Below, in pieces: positions 8,306 to 18,000 of a stretch of 34,913 nucleotides of DNA (position 1 is its first letter; each line of letters begins with the position of its first letter). A model generated the notes under the pieces. The model was not told the origin of the DNA. It worked only from the letters and a program-made list of their open reading frames with translations, and ran no database searches. This stretch comes from Verrucomicrobiota bacterium (GTDB lineage Bacteria > Verrucomicrobiota > Lentisphaeria > UBA2565 > JAYEIY01). Made by a program: the position numbers and the translations under genes. The DNA is taken from NCBI GenBank assembly GCA_034660375.1, contig JAYEIY010000132.1, forward strand, positions 1-34,913, read 5' to 3'.

Positions 8306-10111
8306 ATGTCAAACAAAACTCAAACAATGCAAATGTTCAACGATCTAATTGATGTCGAAAATATGTCCAGTATGGAAGACTTGCTGGTAGAAGAAGAAAT
8401 CTCTGGAGATAAACTGTCGGAAGGCAAAATTGTGACTGGAATAGTCTCAAATAAGCGTGACAACGGAGCTCTTATTGATATAAACTATAAGTCTGAAGGC
8501 TTCATTCCCAAAGAAGAATTTGAAAATTGGGATGAATTAAAGGAGGGTGATTCGCAGGAAGTTTTTCTCGAGTTGCTTGAAGACGACCGTGATGGTGGTA
8601 GTCCTCTGTTAAGTGTTCAGCGTGCTTTAATGCTAAAAGCCTGGAATAATATTATTGAGAATTACGAAGAAGGTAGTGTTGTAAAAGGGTTGGTTAATCG
8701 TCGTATTAAAGGTGGATTGATGGTTGATATTATGGGTGTAGAAGCATTTCTACCAGGATCTCAAATAGATCTGGTTCCTGTAAAAAATATGGACGAATAT
8801 ATAGATAAGGAATTGGAACTTAAAATATTGAAGATTAATGATGAACGAAAAAATATTGTTGTTTCCAAACGTGAACTTCTCGAGGAAACAAGAAAAGAAA
8901 AGCTTAAAGAACTTATTGATGATATAAAAGTAGATCAAATAAAGAAAGGTGTCGTTAAAAATATAACTGATTTTGGTGCATTTATAGATCTTGACGGTAT
9001 AGATGGTCTTCTGCATATAACTGATATGTCTTGGGGAAGAGTATCCCATCCATCGGAAATGCTTTCTGTCGGAGATGAAATAGATGTAATCATTATAGAT
9101 ATTGATTACGAAAAACAACGCGTTTCTTTGGGGCTGAAGCAAAAGAATGATGATCCATGGGAAGCTGTTGAAGAAACTTATCCCATTGGAGAAAATATAA
9201 AAGGCAGAGTTGTTAATATTATGCCGTATGGAGCTTTTATCGAATTAGAGGAAGGTGTTGAAGGACTTATTCATGTTTCTGAGATGTCTTGGATAAAACG
9301 TATTTCTCACCCATCGCATATCCTTTCTATCGGTGATGAAATAGAAGTGAAAGTTATTGATATCCAGAAAGCTACCAAAAAAATATCACTTAGTTTGCGA
9401 CAAATAACAGAAAATCCTTGGTTGCAGTTGGAAAAAGATGTTCCTGTTGGAACAAAAATAACCGGAAAAGTCAGAAATATGACTTCTTACGGTGCTTTTA
9501 TAGAGATACAAGACGGAATGGATGGTATGATACATGTAAGTGATATGTCATGGACTAGAAAAATAAATCATCCTGGTGAAGTTTTGGAGAAAGGAGATGA
9601 AGTGGAAGTTGTAATTCTTGATATTTCCCCCGATGAACAGAGAATTTCTCTTGGAATTAAACAGTTGAAAGAAGACCCGTGGAGCAATATAGGAAAAAGA
9701 TTGCATTTAGGTGATAAAATTAAAGGAAAAGTAACAAAATTAACCAGCTTTGGAGCATTCGTCGATTTAGGAGATGAAATAGAGGGACTTGTTCATATTT
9801 CTGAACTAAGTGAAGAACACGTAGAGAAGGTAGGGGATGTCTTGAAGGTTGATGAGGAAGTAGAAGTAAATATAATAAAACTCGACGTTGATGAACGAAA
9901 AATCGGGCTGAGTCTTAAAGCTGAAGTTATAGAAAAAGCAGCAGATGTGGATTCTCTGTCAATTGAACAGGGAGAACACTTGGGAGATCTAGGTGGCATC
10001 TTTGATACCGCAATGGAGAATGCAGGTAATTCCGCTAACGAAGTAGAAGAATCGGAGGGAAATACTGCAACTATAGACGATGAAGAAGAGAAAAATGAAG
10101 TAGAAAAGTAA
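8306..10111 (+). CDS. rpsA: 30S ribosomal protein S1
   Basis: Six S1 domains (AFLPGSQID, NITDFGAFIDL, GLLHITDMSW, EGLIHVSEMSW, DGMIHVSDMSW, EGLVHISEL) plus acidic tail. Confidence 0.99.
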   Translation: MSNKTQTMQMFNDLIDVENMSSMEDLLVEEEISGDKLSEGKIVTGIVSNKRDNGALIDINYKSEGFIPKEEFENWDELKEGDSQEVFLELLEDDRDGGSPLLSVQRALMLKAWNNIIENYEEGSVVKGLVNRRIKGGLMVDIMGVEAFLPGSQIDLVPVKNMDEYIDKELELKILKINDERKNIVVSKRELLEETRKEKLKELIDDIKVDQIKKGVVKNITDFGAFIDLDGIDGLLHITDMSWGRVSHPSEMLSVGDEIDVIIIDIDYEKQRVSLGLKQKNDDPWEAVEETYPIGENIKGRVVNIMPYGAFIELEEGVEGLIHVSEMSWIKRISHPSHILSIGDEIEVKVIDIQKATKKISLSLRQITENPWLQLEKDVPVGTKITGKVRNMTSYGAFIEIQDGMDGMIHVSDMSWTRKINHPGEVLEKGDEVEVVILDISPDEQRISLGIKQLKEDPWSNIGKRLHLGDKIKGKVTKLTSFGAFVDLGDEIEGLVHISELSEEHVEKVGDVLKVDEEVEVNIIKLDVDERKIGLSLKAEVIEKAADVDSLSIEQGEHLGDLGGIFDTAMENAGNSANEVEESEGNTATIDDEEEKNEVEK

Positions 10112-10145
10112 GACCCAAAAGAATCAGCAGAAACAGAAGAGAAGT

Positions 10146-10166
10146 AAAGTCTTTGAGACTTTTTTT
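10146..10166 (+). terminator. Weak intrinsic terminator after rpsA
   Basis: AAAGTCT-TTG-AGACTTT running into a T7 tract. Confidence 0.55.
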
Positions 10167-10196
10167 CACAAAGCATTAAATATTTAATAAATAATG

Positions 10197-10224
10197 TTGT
10201 ATTTGCGGGTAGTTCGATTAAATT
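10197..10224 (+). promoter_or_regulatory. Putative sigma70 promoter of tRNA-Thr/tuf
   Basis: TTGTAT-N16-TAAATT followed by GC-containing discriminator ACGCAGCC, 20 bp before the tRNA. Confidence 0.4.
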
Positions 10225-10243
10225 ACGCAGCCAAAAGGAAAAA

Positions 10244-10318
10244 GCCCGCGTAGCTCAGTGGTAGAGCGCTTCCTTGGTAAGGACGAGGTCACCGGTTCAA
10301 ATCCGGTCGTGGGCTCCA
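10244..10318 (+). tRNA. tRNA-Thr (GGT)
   Basis: Acceptor GCCCGCG/CGTGGGC, D arm GCTC/GAGC, anticodon GGT at 10276-10278, T loop GTTCAAATC, encoded CCA. Typical position before tuf. Confidence 0.97.
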
Positions 10319-10421
10319 GACTTATTTGTGTGATTGATCTATAATATGTTGTAAAGTAAAATAAAAAACATAACAAAATAATAAACGCCGGAGAAATTTC
10401 CGGAGAATCAGGAGACGAAAA

Positions 10422-11618
10422 ATGGCTAAAGAAACTTTTAAAAGAACGAAACCACATGTAAACATCGGAACAATCGGACACGTTGATCACGGAAAAACAA
10501 CTCTTACCGCTGCAGTTACAATGACAATGAATAAAATTCATGGCGGAGATATCAAATCTTATGATGAAATTGATAATGCTCCCGAAGAAAGAGAACGCGG
10601 AATTACGATTAATACTGCACACGTAGAATATGAAACAGAAAATAGACACTATGCACACGTAGATTGTCCCGGACATGCAGACTATATTAAGAATATGATT
10701 ACAGGTGCTGCTCAGATGGACGGAGCAATCATTGTAATTGCTGCTACTGACGGACCTATGGCTCAAACAAGAGAGCACATCTTGCTTGCACGTCAGGTTG
10801 GAGTCCCTGCATTGGTTGTTTATGTTAATAAAACTGACCTTGTTGATGATGATGAACTTATCGAATTGGTAGAGATGGAAGTAAGAGAACTTCTTGATGA
10901 ATATGAGTTTGATGGAGACAATGTTCCTGTTATTTGTGGATCAGCTCATCAGGCTATGTTGGCTCAAGGAGACGAATCCAACAAGGATGTTCAAACAATC
11001 ATTGAGTTAATGAAAGCATGTGATGAATATATCCCTGAACCTCAACGTGACCTGGAAAAAGATTTCCTGATGCCGATGGAAGATATTTTCACTATTGAAG
11101 GTCGTGGTACCGTTGTTACTGGACGTATCGAACGTGGTATTGTTAATGTTGGTGATGAAATTGAAATCGTAGGAATTAGACCTACCAGAAAAACAACTGT
11201 TACCGGTGTTGAAATGTTCCGTAAACTTTTGGATAGAGGAGAGGCTGGAGACAATGTTGGATGTCTGCTCCGCGGGATTAAAAAGGACGACGTTGAAAGA
11301 GGACAGGTACTTGCTAAACCAGGTTCAATTACTCCTCATACTAAGTTTATGGCGGAAGTTTATATCTTGAATAAAGATGAAGGTGGAAGACATACTCCTT
11401 TCTTTAAAGGATATCGTCCGCAGTTCTACTTTAGAACCACAGATATTACAGGTGCTGTAACATTGTCTGAGGGAGTAGAAATGGTTATGCCAGGAGACAA
11501 TATTACTATGGAAGTAGAATTGATTGCTCCTGTTGCAATGGAAGAGACATTGCGTTTTGCTATACGTGAAGGTGGACGTACGGTTGGAGCGGGTAGAGTA
11601 GTTAGCATTATTGAGTAA
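10422..11618 (+). CDS. tuf: Elongation factor Tu
   Basis: [51 protein letters not shown] upstream. Confidence 0.99.
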   Translation: MAKETFKRTKPHVNIGTIGHVDHGKTTLTAAVTMTMNKIHGGDIKSYDEIDNAPEERERGITINTAHVEYETENRHYAHVDCPGHADYIKNMITGAAQMDGAIIVIAATDGPMAQTREHILLARQVGVPALVVYVNKTDLVDDDELIELVEMEVRELLDEYEFDGDNVPVICGSAHQAMLAQGDESNKDVQTIIELMKACDEYIPEPQRDLEKDFLMPMEDIFTIEGRGTVVTGRIERGIVNVGDEIEIVGIRPTRKTTVTGVEMFRKLLDRGEAGDNVGCLLRGIKKDDVERGQVLAKPGSITPHTKFMAEVYILNKDEGGRHTPFFKGYRPQFYFRTTDITGAVTLSEGVEMVMPGDNITMEVELIAPVAMEETLRFAIREGGRTVGAGRVVSIIE

Positions 11619-11636
11619 ATCTTTTAAACTGTTAAT

Positions 11637-11673
11637 AATTTGCCGGACTAATTACTTGTTAGTTCGGCAAATT
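11637..11673 (+). other. 15-bp stem-loop between tuf and rpmG (mRNA stabiliser or partial terminator)
   Basis: AATTTGCCGGACTAA-TTACTTG-TTAGTTCGGCAAATT with one G-U pair and no long U tract. Confidence 0.6.
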
Positions 11674-11693
11674 CTATATACTAGGAATATAAA

Positions 11694-11846
11694 ATGGCTA
11701 GAGAACTGGTAATCCTTGCATGTACAGAATGCAAATCAAGAAATTATACAACAACGAAAAATAAACAGAATACAACGGGACGTTTGGAAAAAAAGAAATT
11801 CTGTAAAAACTCGAGAAAGCATACTTTACATAGAGAGACTAAGTAA
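11694..11846 (+). CDS. rpmG: 50S ribosomal protein L33 (absent from the ORF track, 50 aa)
   Basis: Manual translation [50 protein letters not shown]. Canonical position between tuf and tRNA-Trp. Confidence 0.97.
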   Translation: MARELVILACTECKSRNYTTTKNKQNTTGRLEKKKFCKNSRKHTLHRETK

Positions 11847-11872
11847 GATTTATTTGCGTTCTTAATGAAGGA

Positions 11873-11948
11873 AGGTGAGTAGCTCAGCTGGTAGAGCAGC
11901 GGTCTCCAAAACCGCAGGTCGCAGGTTCGACCCCTGTCTCACCTGCCA
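11873..11948 (+). tRNA. tRNA-Trp (CCA)
   Basis: Acceptor AGGTGAG/CTCACCT, anticodon arm GCGGT-CTCCAAA-ACCGC, T loop GTTCGAC, encoded CCA. Precedes secE. Confidence 0.98.
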
Positions 11949-11992
11949 TTTATTTTATTTATGGGGTCGTAAAGAAAAATAAAAGAATTGAT

Positions 11993-12187
11993 ATGAATAT
12001 ATTAAAAAAAATTAAAAATTTTTATGAAGATACTGTTTCAGAGGTAAAGAAATGTACTTGGCCCACTAAGACTGAACTTTTGAATTCCACAATACTTGTT
12101 GTTGTCACTCTTCTTATAATGATGGTCTGGATAGGGTTTGTTGATAAAGTCAGTTCTATGTTTGTTCGTTGGGTTATTAATTTTTAG
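11993..12187 (+). CDS. secE: Preprotein translocase subunit SecE
   Basis: EVKKCTWPTKTEL motif plus one TM helix, upstream of nusG. Confidence 0.95.
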   Translation: MNILKKIKNFYEDTVSEVKKCTWPTKTELLNSTILVVVTLLIMMVWIGFVDKVSSMFVRWVINF

Positions 12188-12205
12188 AATAAGGTTTTTC
12201 CTAAA

Positions 12206-12769
12206 ATGCAGAATGAAGAAAATATGGATAAATGGTATATAGTCCATGTCATGTCCGGTAAAGAAAATAGAGTTAAGGAAAGTATTGAAAAAAAAGCTGA
12301 ATTAGAAGAGATGAATCAGTATATTCATGAACTCTTGATTCCCGCAGAGATTGTCTCGGAAGTTAAAAAAGGGAAAAAAACAATGCAGCAAAGGAAAGTT
12401 TTCCCCGGGTATATGATGATGTGCCTTGATCTTTACGATCAGGAAGGAAATTTTAATGCAAAGTTATGGCATTATATCAACGGAACAAATAATGTTATAT
12501 CCTTCCTTGGTGGAGATAAACCTAGTCCCTTGGATCCTAAAGAAGTAAAAGAAATATTGGGTCAACTTACCGAAGACGAAGAAGTTGTAAAACCAAAAGT
12601 GGACTTTGAAGTAGGAGAAACTGTGATTATAAAAGAAGGTGCTTTTACTAACTTGGAAGGCAATATAGAAATGGTTGATATAGAAAAAGGTAAGTTGCGC
12701 GTAATGTTAAGTATATTTGGTAGATCTACACCAGCAGAACTTGAATATTGGCAAGTAGAAAAAATATAA
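12206..12769 (+). CDS. nusG: Transcription termination/antitermination factor NusG
   Basis: WYIVHVMSGKE, KVFPGY, KOW domain ending IFGRSTPAELEYWQVEK. Alternative start at 12224. Confidence 0.98.
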   Translation: MQNEENMDKWYIVHVMSGKENRVKESIEKKAELEEMNQYIHELLIPAEIVSEVKKGKKTMQQRKVFPGYMMMCLDLYDQEGNFNAKLWHYINGTNNVISFLGGDKPSPLDPKEVKEILGQLTEDEEVVKPKVDFEVGETVIIKEGAFTNLEGNIEMVDIEKGKLRVMLSIFGRSTPAELEYWQVEKI

Positions 12770-12799
12770 AATTTTGAATACAAATTATCTGGAGTTTAT

Positions 12800-13228
12800 A
12801 TGGCAAAAAAAATAACAGCAAAAGTGCAATTGCAGATTCCGGCAGGCCAGGCTAACCCTGCGCCTCCAGTCGGTCCAGCCTTAGGGCAGGCCGGAGTTAA
12901 TATCATGGAATTCTGTAAGCAATTTAATGCTGCAACAAAGGATCAAGCAGGCATGATTATCCCTGTTGTGATAAGTGTCTATCAGGATCGCTCTTTTACG
13001 TTTATTACAAAATCACCCCCCGCAGCTGTGTTAATTAAAAAAGCTGCAGGTCTTGCTTCCGGAGCAAATAATCCCGGTCAGGAAACGGTGGGGTCAATAA
13101 CAAAAGAGCAGGCTCTTGAAATAGTAAAAATTAAAGAAAAAGACCTGAATGCACGTGAGGATGAGGCAGCAATTAATATTATTGCCGGGACTGCTCGTAG
13201 CATGGGAATCGAGGTGATTGATGGCTAA
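12800..13228 (+). CDS. rplK: 50S ribosomal protein L11
   Basis: [27 protein letters not shown]. Confidence 0.99.
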   Translation: MAKKITAKVQLQIPAGQANPAPPVGPALGQAGVNIMEFCKQFNAATKDQAGMIIPVVISVYQDRSFTFITKSPPAAVLIKKAAGLASGANNPGQETVGSITKEQALEIVKIKEKDLNAREDEAAINIIAGTARSMGIEVIDG

Positions 13229-13919
13229 AAAAGCGAAAAAGTATAAAGCACAGATGAAGAAGATAGATCAGACAAAGAACTATTCTGTAGATGAAGCATT
13301 GAGTATTCTTAAAGATCTTCCGAAAGCTAATTTTGATGAAACAGTTGAAGTTGCAATGCGTTTGGGAATAGATTCACGAAAATCAGACCAAAATGTACGT
13401 GGTTCGCTTATTCTTCCAAATGGTACAGGAAAGAAGGTTACAGTTGTAACTATTGCAGCCGGAGATGCCGCAGTAGCGGCTAAAGAGGCTGGTTCTGATT
13501 ATGTAGGCTCTGAAGATCTCATTGAAAAGATAAAAGGTGGTTGGATTGATTTTGACGTATTGATTGCAACCCCTGCCGCAATGAAAGATCTGAGACCTTT
13601 AGGCAGAGTTCTGGGACCCAGAGGTTTAATGCCTAACCCTAAGACGGGAACATTAACAGATGATGTTGCTAAGGCAACTAAGGATGCAAAACGTGGTAAA
13701 ATTGAGTACCGTGCAGATAAAAATGGTTGCATGCATGCACCAGTCGGACTAATATCTTTTAGTAAAGATGCATTGGAAGAAAATTGTCTGGCTTTTGTTC
13801 GTGAAATAGTAAGAGTTCGACCTGCGGTCATAAAAGGAACTTATATCTTTTCGTGTACCGTTTCGACAACAATGAGCCCCGGAATAAAAATTGATATTAA
13901 AGACATTGTAAAGGTATAA
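13221..13919 (+). CDS. rplA: 50S ribosomal protein L1
   Basis: [30 protein letters not shown] at 13221 after GAGGTG, overlapping the rplK stop. Confidence 0.99.
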   Translation: MAKKAKKYKAQMKKIDQTKNYSVDEALSILKDLPKANFDETVEVAMRLGIDSRKSDQNVRGSLILPNGTGKKVTVVTIAAGDAAVAAKEAGSDYVGSEDLIEKIKGGWIDFDVLIATPAAMKDLRPLGRVLGPRGLMPNPKTGTLTDDVAKATKDAKRGKIEYRADKNGCMHAPVGLISFSKDALEENCLAFVREIVRVRPAVIKGTYIFSCTVSTTMSPGIKIDIKDIVKV

Positions 13920-13920
13920 A

Positions 13921-14445
13921 ATGAGACCTGAAAGAATACAATTATTGAATGATGTTTGTAAAATGCTGGAAAAATCAAGTTATTTTTTCCTTTGTACCTA
14001 TAAAGGATTAACAGTTGAAGAATTTTCTGGATTGAGAGACAAACTGGCAGAGCATGGAGCTAATTGTAAGGTAATTAAAAATTCCTATATTGCGCTCGCC
14101 TTGAGAAAACAGAAGATAGAGATTCCCGGAGATTATTCTTTTACAGGGGATACGGCAGTTGTTTTTGGAGATGGTGATAGTTGTACAATTGCCAAGTTAC
14201 TTAAAGATTTTAGCAAGAAACAGAAAAAGGTTGGATTTAAGGGAGGACTTCTTCAAGAAGATTTTCTTTCCGATAAAGAACTCCTAAATCTTGCGGATCT
14301 GCCAAGTAAAGAGGTTCTTCAAGCACAATTGCTAGGCGTTCTTGAGGCTCCAAAACGGAATTTGGCAGTTGTCTTAAACAATAAAGTTTTAAGTATTGTA
14401 TATGCTTTGCAGGCATACAAAAATAAAATAGAAAAAACATCGTAA
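13921..14445 (+). CDS. rplJ: 50S ribosomal protein L10
   Basis: YKGLTV, LR, VIKN, LADLPSKEVL motifs and position between rplA and rplL. Confidence 0.97.
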   Translation: MRPERIQLLNDVCKMLEKSSYFFLCTYKGLTVEEFSGLRDKLAEHGANCKVIKNSYIALALRKQKIEIPGDYSFTGDTAVVFGDGDSCTIAKLLKDFSKKQKKVGFKGGLLQEDFLSDKELLNLADLPSKEVLQAQLLGVLEAPKRNLAVVLNNKVLSIVYALQAYKNKIEKTS

Positions 14446-14472
14446 ATAAATATATAAATTTGGAGGAAGAAA

Positions 14473-14880
14473 ATGTCAGAAGAAAAAAAAGTAGAAGTTT
14501 CAAAGGAAATGGAACAGTTTATTTCCTATGTCGAAAACATGACAGTATTAGAACTATCGGATTTAGTTAAAGCTCTCGAAGACAGACTTGGAGTTGAAGC
14601 AGCAGCTCCTATGGCAGCAATGCCTATGGCAGTCGCAGGTGGAGATGCAGCTACTGAAGAGGAAGAAAAATCAGAATTTGATGTTGTTCTTGCATCATTT
14701 GGAGAGAAAAAAATCAAAGTTATCAAAGAAGTAAGAAGTATAACTGGACTTGGACTTAAAGATGCAAAAGGTCTCGTTGATGCTGCGCCTAAAACTATAA
14801 AAGAAGGCGTTGCAAAAGAAGATGCTGAAAAGATGAAAGAACAACTCGAAGGCGTGGGTGCTACTGTTGAGTTAAAGTAG
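14473..14880 (+). CDS. rplL: 50S ribosomal protein L7/L12
   Basis: [41 protein letters not shown]. Confidence 0.99.
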   Translation: MSEEKKVEVSKEMEQFISYVENMTVLELSDLVKALEDRLGVEAAAPMAAMPMAVAGGDAATEEEEKSEFDVVLASFGEKKIKVIKEVRSITGLGLKDAKGLVDAAPKTIKEGVAKEDAEKMKEQLEGVGATVELK

Positions 14881-14923
14881 TTTCACAATAGTTTTACTTT
14901 TGTAGTATTTTTAACTACTCTGA

Positions 14924-14988
14924 AAGCCGGATACATCCAGAATTACATTGTGTCCGGCTTCTGCTATTTCGGAGAAATCTCCGAAATA
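14924..14988 (+). promoter_or_regulatory. Two adjacent hairpins in the rplL-rpoB spacer (attenuator/processing-like)
   Basis: AAGCCGGATACA...TGTGTCCGGCTT (14924-14960) and TATTTCGGAG-AAAT-CTCCGAAATA (14965-14988), followed by T-rich sequence. Confidence 0.55.
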
Positions 14989-15023
14989 CCTATATTTTTA
15001 GTTATTTTTTCTGAGGATTGACT

Positions 15024-18000
15024 ATGACCAAACGTACTAATTTTGGAAAATTACGCGAACTGTTAACAGCCCCTGATTTAATTGATATTCAGAGGCTTTC
15101 TTTTGATAGTTTCTTGCAAAAAGATGTTCCCCCCAGCAAACGGAAAAAACACGGCCTCCAGGAGGTTTTAGAAGAAATTTTTCCTATTCACAGCTTTGAC
15201 AAGAAGTTCAAGATTGACTTTGTAAAATACTTTCTTGGAAAGTCAAGAACTTCAGGAAAAAGTGAGGATCCTGATGAAGTTATAAAGTGTATTAAAGATG
15301 GAGTAACCTACAGTCTTCCTCTATACATTACCTTTCGTTTGGAACAGCAGGGTTCTTCTCCCGTAGAAGAAGATGTTTTTATGGGTGATCTGCCTATGAT
15401 GACCGAAAAAGGAGCTTTTATTATCAATGGGGCAGAACGAGTAATTGTTAGTCAGTTGCATAGAAGCCCTGGTATTTGTTTTGAACAATCTAAACATACA
15501 AATGGAAGAATTCTTTACTCATATAGAATTATTCCGGATAGAGGTTCTTGGATAAATATAAAATTTGATATAAGAGATGATATCTTTATTTATATGGACC
15601 GCTATCGTCGCAGAAGAAAGTTTTTGATAAGCACATTTCTAAGGGCTATTGGATTTTCAAGTAACAGAGATTTGCTGGATGCTTTTTATGGAATCAGCTC
15701 TATTTCTATAGCAAAACTTAAAAAAGAAGAGAATCTGCTGGAAAAATATGTTGTGGAAGATGTTACAACTGATGATGGAGAAGTCTTGATAAAGGAATTG
15801 ACTCCACTTGACAGTGAACTTCTGCAATTACTGGTAGATTTCAATATTAAAAAGATTGATATTGTTGATGTTAGCGAGCTCGGATCCTATTTCATGCAGA
15901 GCATAGAGAAGGATGTTACCCGTACAGCTGAAGATGCTATCAAAGAAATCTATAAAAAAATGAGACCTGGAGACCCCCCCAACCTAAATAATGCTAAACA
16001 GTTGCTCAAACGCTTGTTTTTTGATAAAAATAGGTATGATCTTGGTTATGTGGGACGCTATAAAATTAATAAAAAACTTGGTCTTGATACTGATTTGCAA
16101 GAAAGAGGTTTGCAAAACAGTGATATTATTGGCGCAACGATCATGCTTTCAAAGTTAAGACACACACACGGAAAAGTGGATGATATTGACCATTTGGGAA
16201 ATAGAAGAGTGCGAACCGTTGGAGAATTGGTGCAAAATCACTGCCGTGTAGGACTTGTTCGAACAGAACGCCTTGTACGAGAACGCATGACTCTTTTGGA
16301 TTTGGATGAAAAAACAAAACCTTCAAAACTTATAAATCCTAAAGCTTTCAGTGGCGTGATAAGAGACTTCTTTGGACGTAATCAACTTTCTCAGTTTATG
16401 GACCAAACAAATCCTCTTGCTGAAATGACAAATAAACGTAGGTTAAGTGCTCTTGGACCTGGAGGTTTGAGTCGGGAAAGAGCTGGTTTTGAGGTGCGCG
16501 ATGTTCACCCCAGTCACTATGGTCGAGTTTGTCCTATTGAAACTCCTGAAGGACCCAATATTGGATTGATCTCTTCTCTTGCCATTTATGGTAAAACAAA
16601 TAAATATGGTTTTATCGAAACTCCTTATAGAAAAGTGGAAAATGGAAAAGTTACGGATAAAGTAGAGTATTTAAGTGCAGATATAGAAGAAAAATTTGTA
16701 ATTGCACAGGCGAATGCCGTATTGGATAAAGAGAATAAATTTGTTGAAGATTATATTTTGGCTAGATTCGAAGGCGAATCAATGGAATCTCCTGCCAAGG
16801 ATGTTGGATATATGGATGTCTCGCCTAAACAACTGGTAAGCGCCGCAGCTGGAATTATTCCATTTTTAGAACATGACGATGCAAATCGTGCTCTTATGGG
16901 ATCAAATATGCAGCGTCAAGCTGTTCCGCTTTTAAATACGGATTCTCCTTATGTCGGAACTGGTCTCGAAGCAAAAGTTGCCGAGGACTCTAAAACCGGA
17001 ATAATGTCCGATATATCAGGAAAAGTCGCTTATGTTGATGCAGCGAATATTATTATTTCAGAAGATGGAGAAATCCCCGACAATATTGAAAAAAGTAAGA
17101 CGGCAAAGCATTTTAAATTAAGTAAATTTTTGAGGACCAATAGTAGCACAACAATTAATCAGAGACCCATTGTAAAACTTGCAGATAACGTAAAGGCGGG
17201 AGAAATTATTGCTGACGGTGCTGCAACTGATCAGGGAGAATTAGCTCTTGGCAGAAATGTTCTGGTTGGTTTTATGTCGTGGAGAGGATACAATTTTGAA
17301 GATGCAATTGTCCTCAGTGAAAGATTGGCTAAAAATGACACCTATACCAGTGTACATATTTCAGAATATGATATCACTGCTAGAGATACAAAACTTGGAC
17401 CTGAAGAAATAACCAGAGATATTCCTAATGTTTCTGAAGATGCGCTTAGAAATCTTGGACCAGAGGGAATTGTAAGAGTTGGAGCTGAGGTTAAGCCAGG
17501 CGATATCCTTGCCGGAAAAATAACACCTAAAAGTGAAACTGAACTTGCTCCTGAAGAACGACTTCTCAGAGCTATTTTTGGTGAAAAAGCTGCTGATGTA
17601 AAAGATTCATCTCTTTATCTATCAGGAGGAACTGGTGGGATTGTAATGGAAGTACGTGTTGAACGAAAATATGATCCTAATATTTCTACGCTTAGCGAAC
17701 AGGAACTCAAACAGAAAATAAAAGACGTAAAAGAAGACCATCAGTCTGAATATAAAGATATTGTTGCTGAATTAGCTGATAAATTGGCTAATGTCATGTT
17801 TGCTTCAAAACTTAATGTTGATGTAGTTGATAAAACACAGGAAGATAAAACTCCTATTATTCCCGCAGGAAGAAAGGTAACGAAGGCTTTACTTAAGAAA
17901 CTTGCTGGTAAACACGATAAGTATAAAATGCCTCCATGTGCTGCAAAAAAACAAATAGATGCAGTTATGAAGCCATTTAAAATTCGTTTTAGAGAACTTG

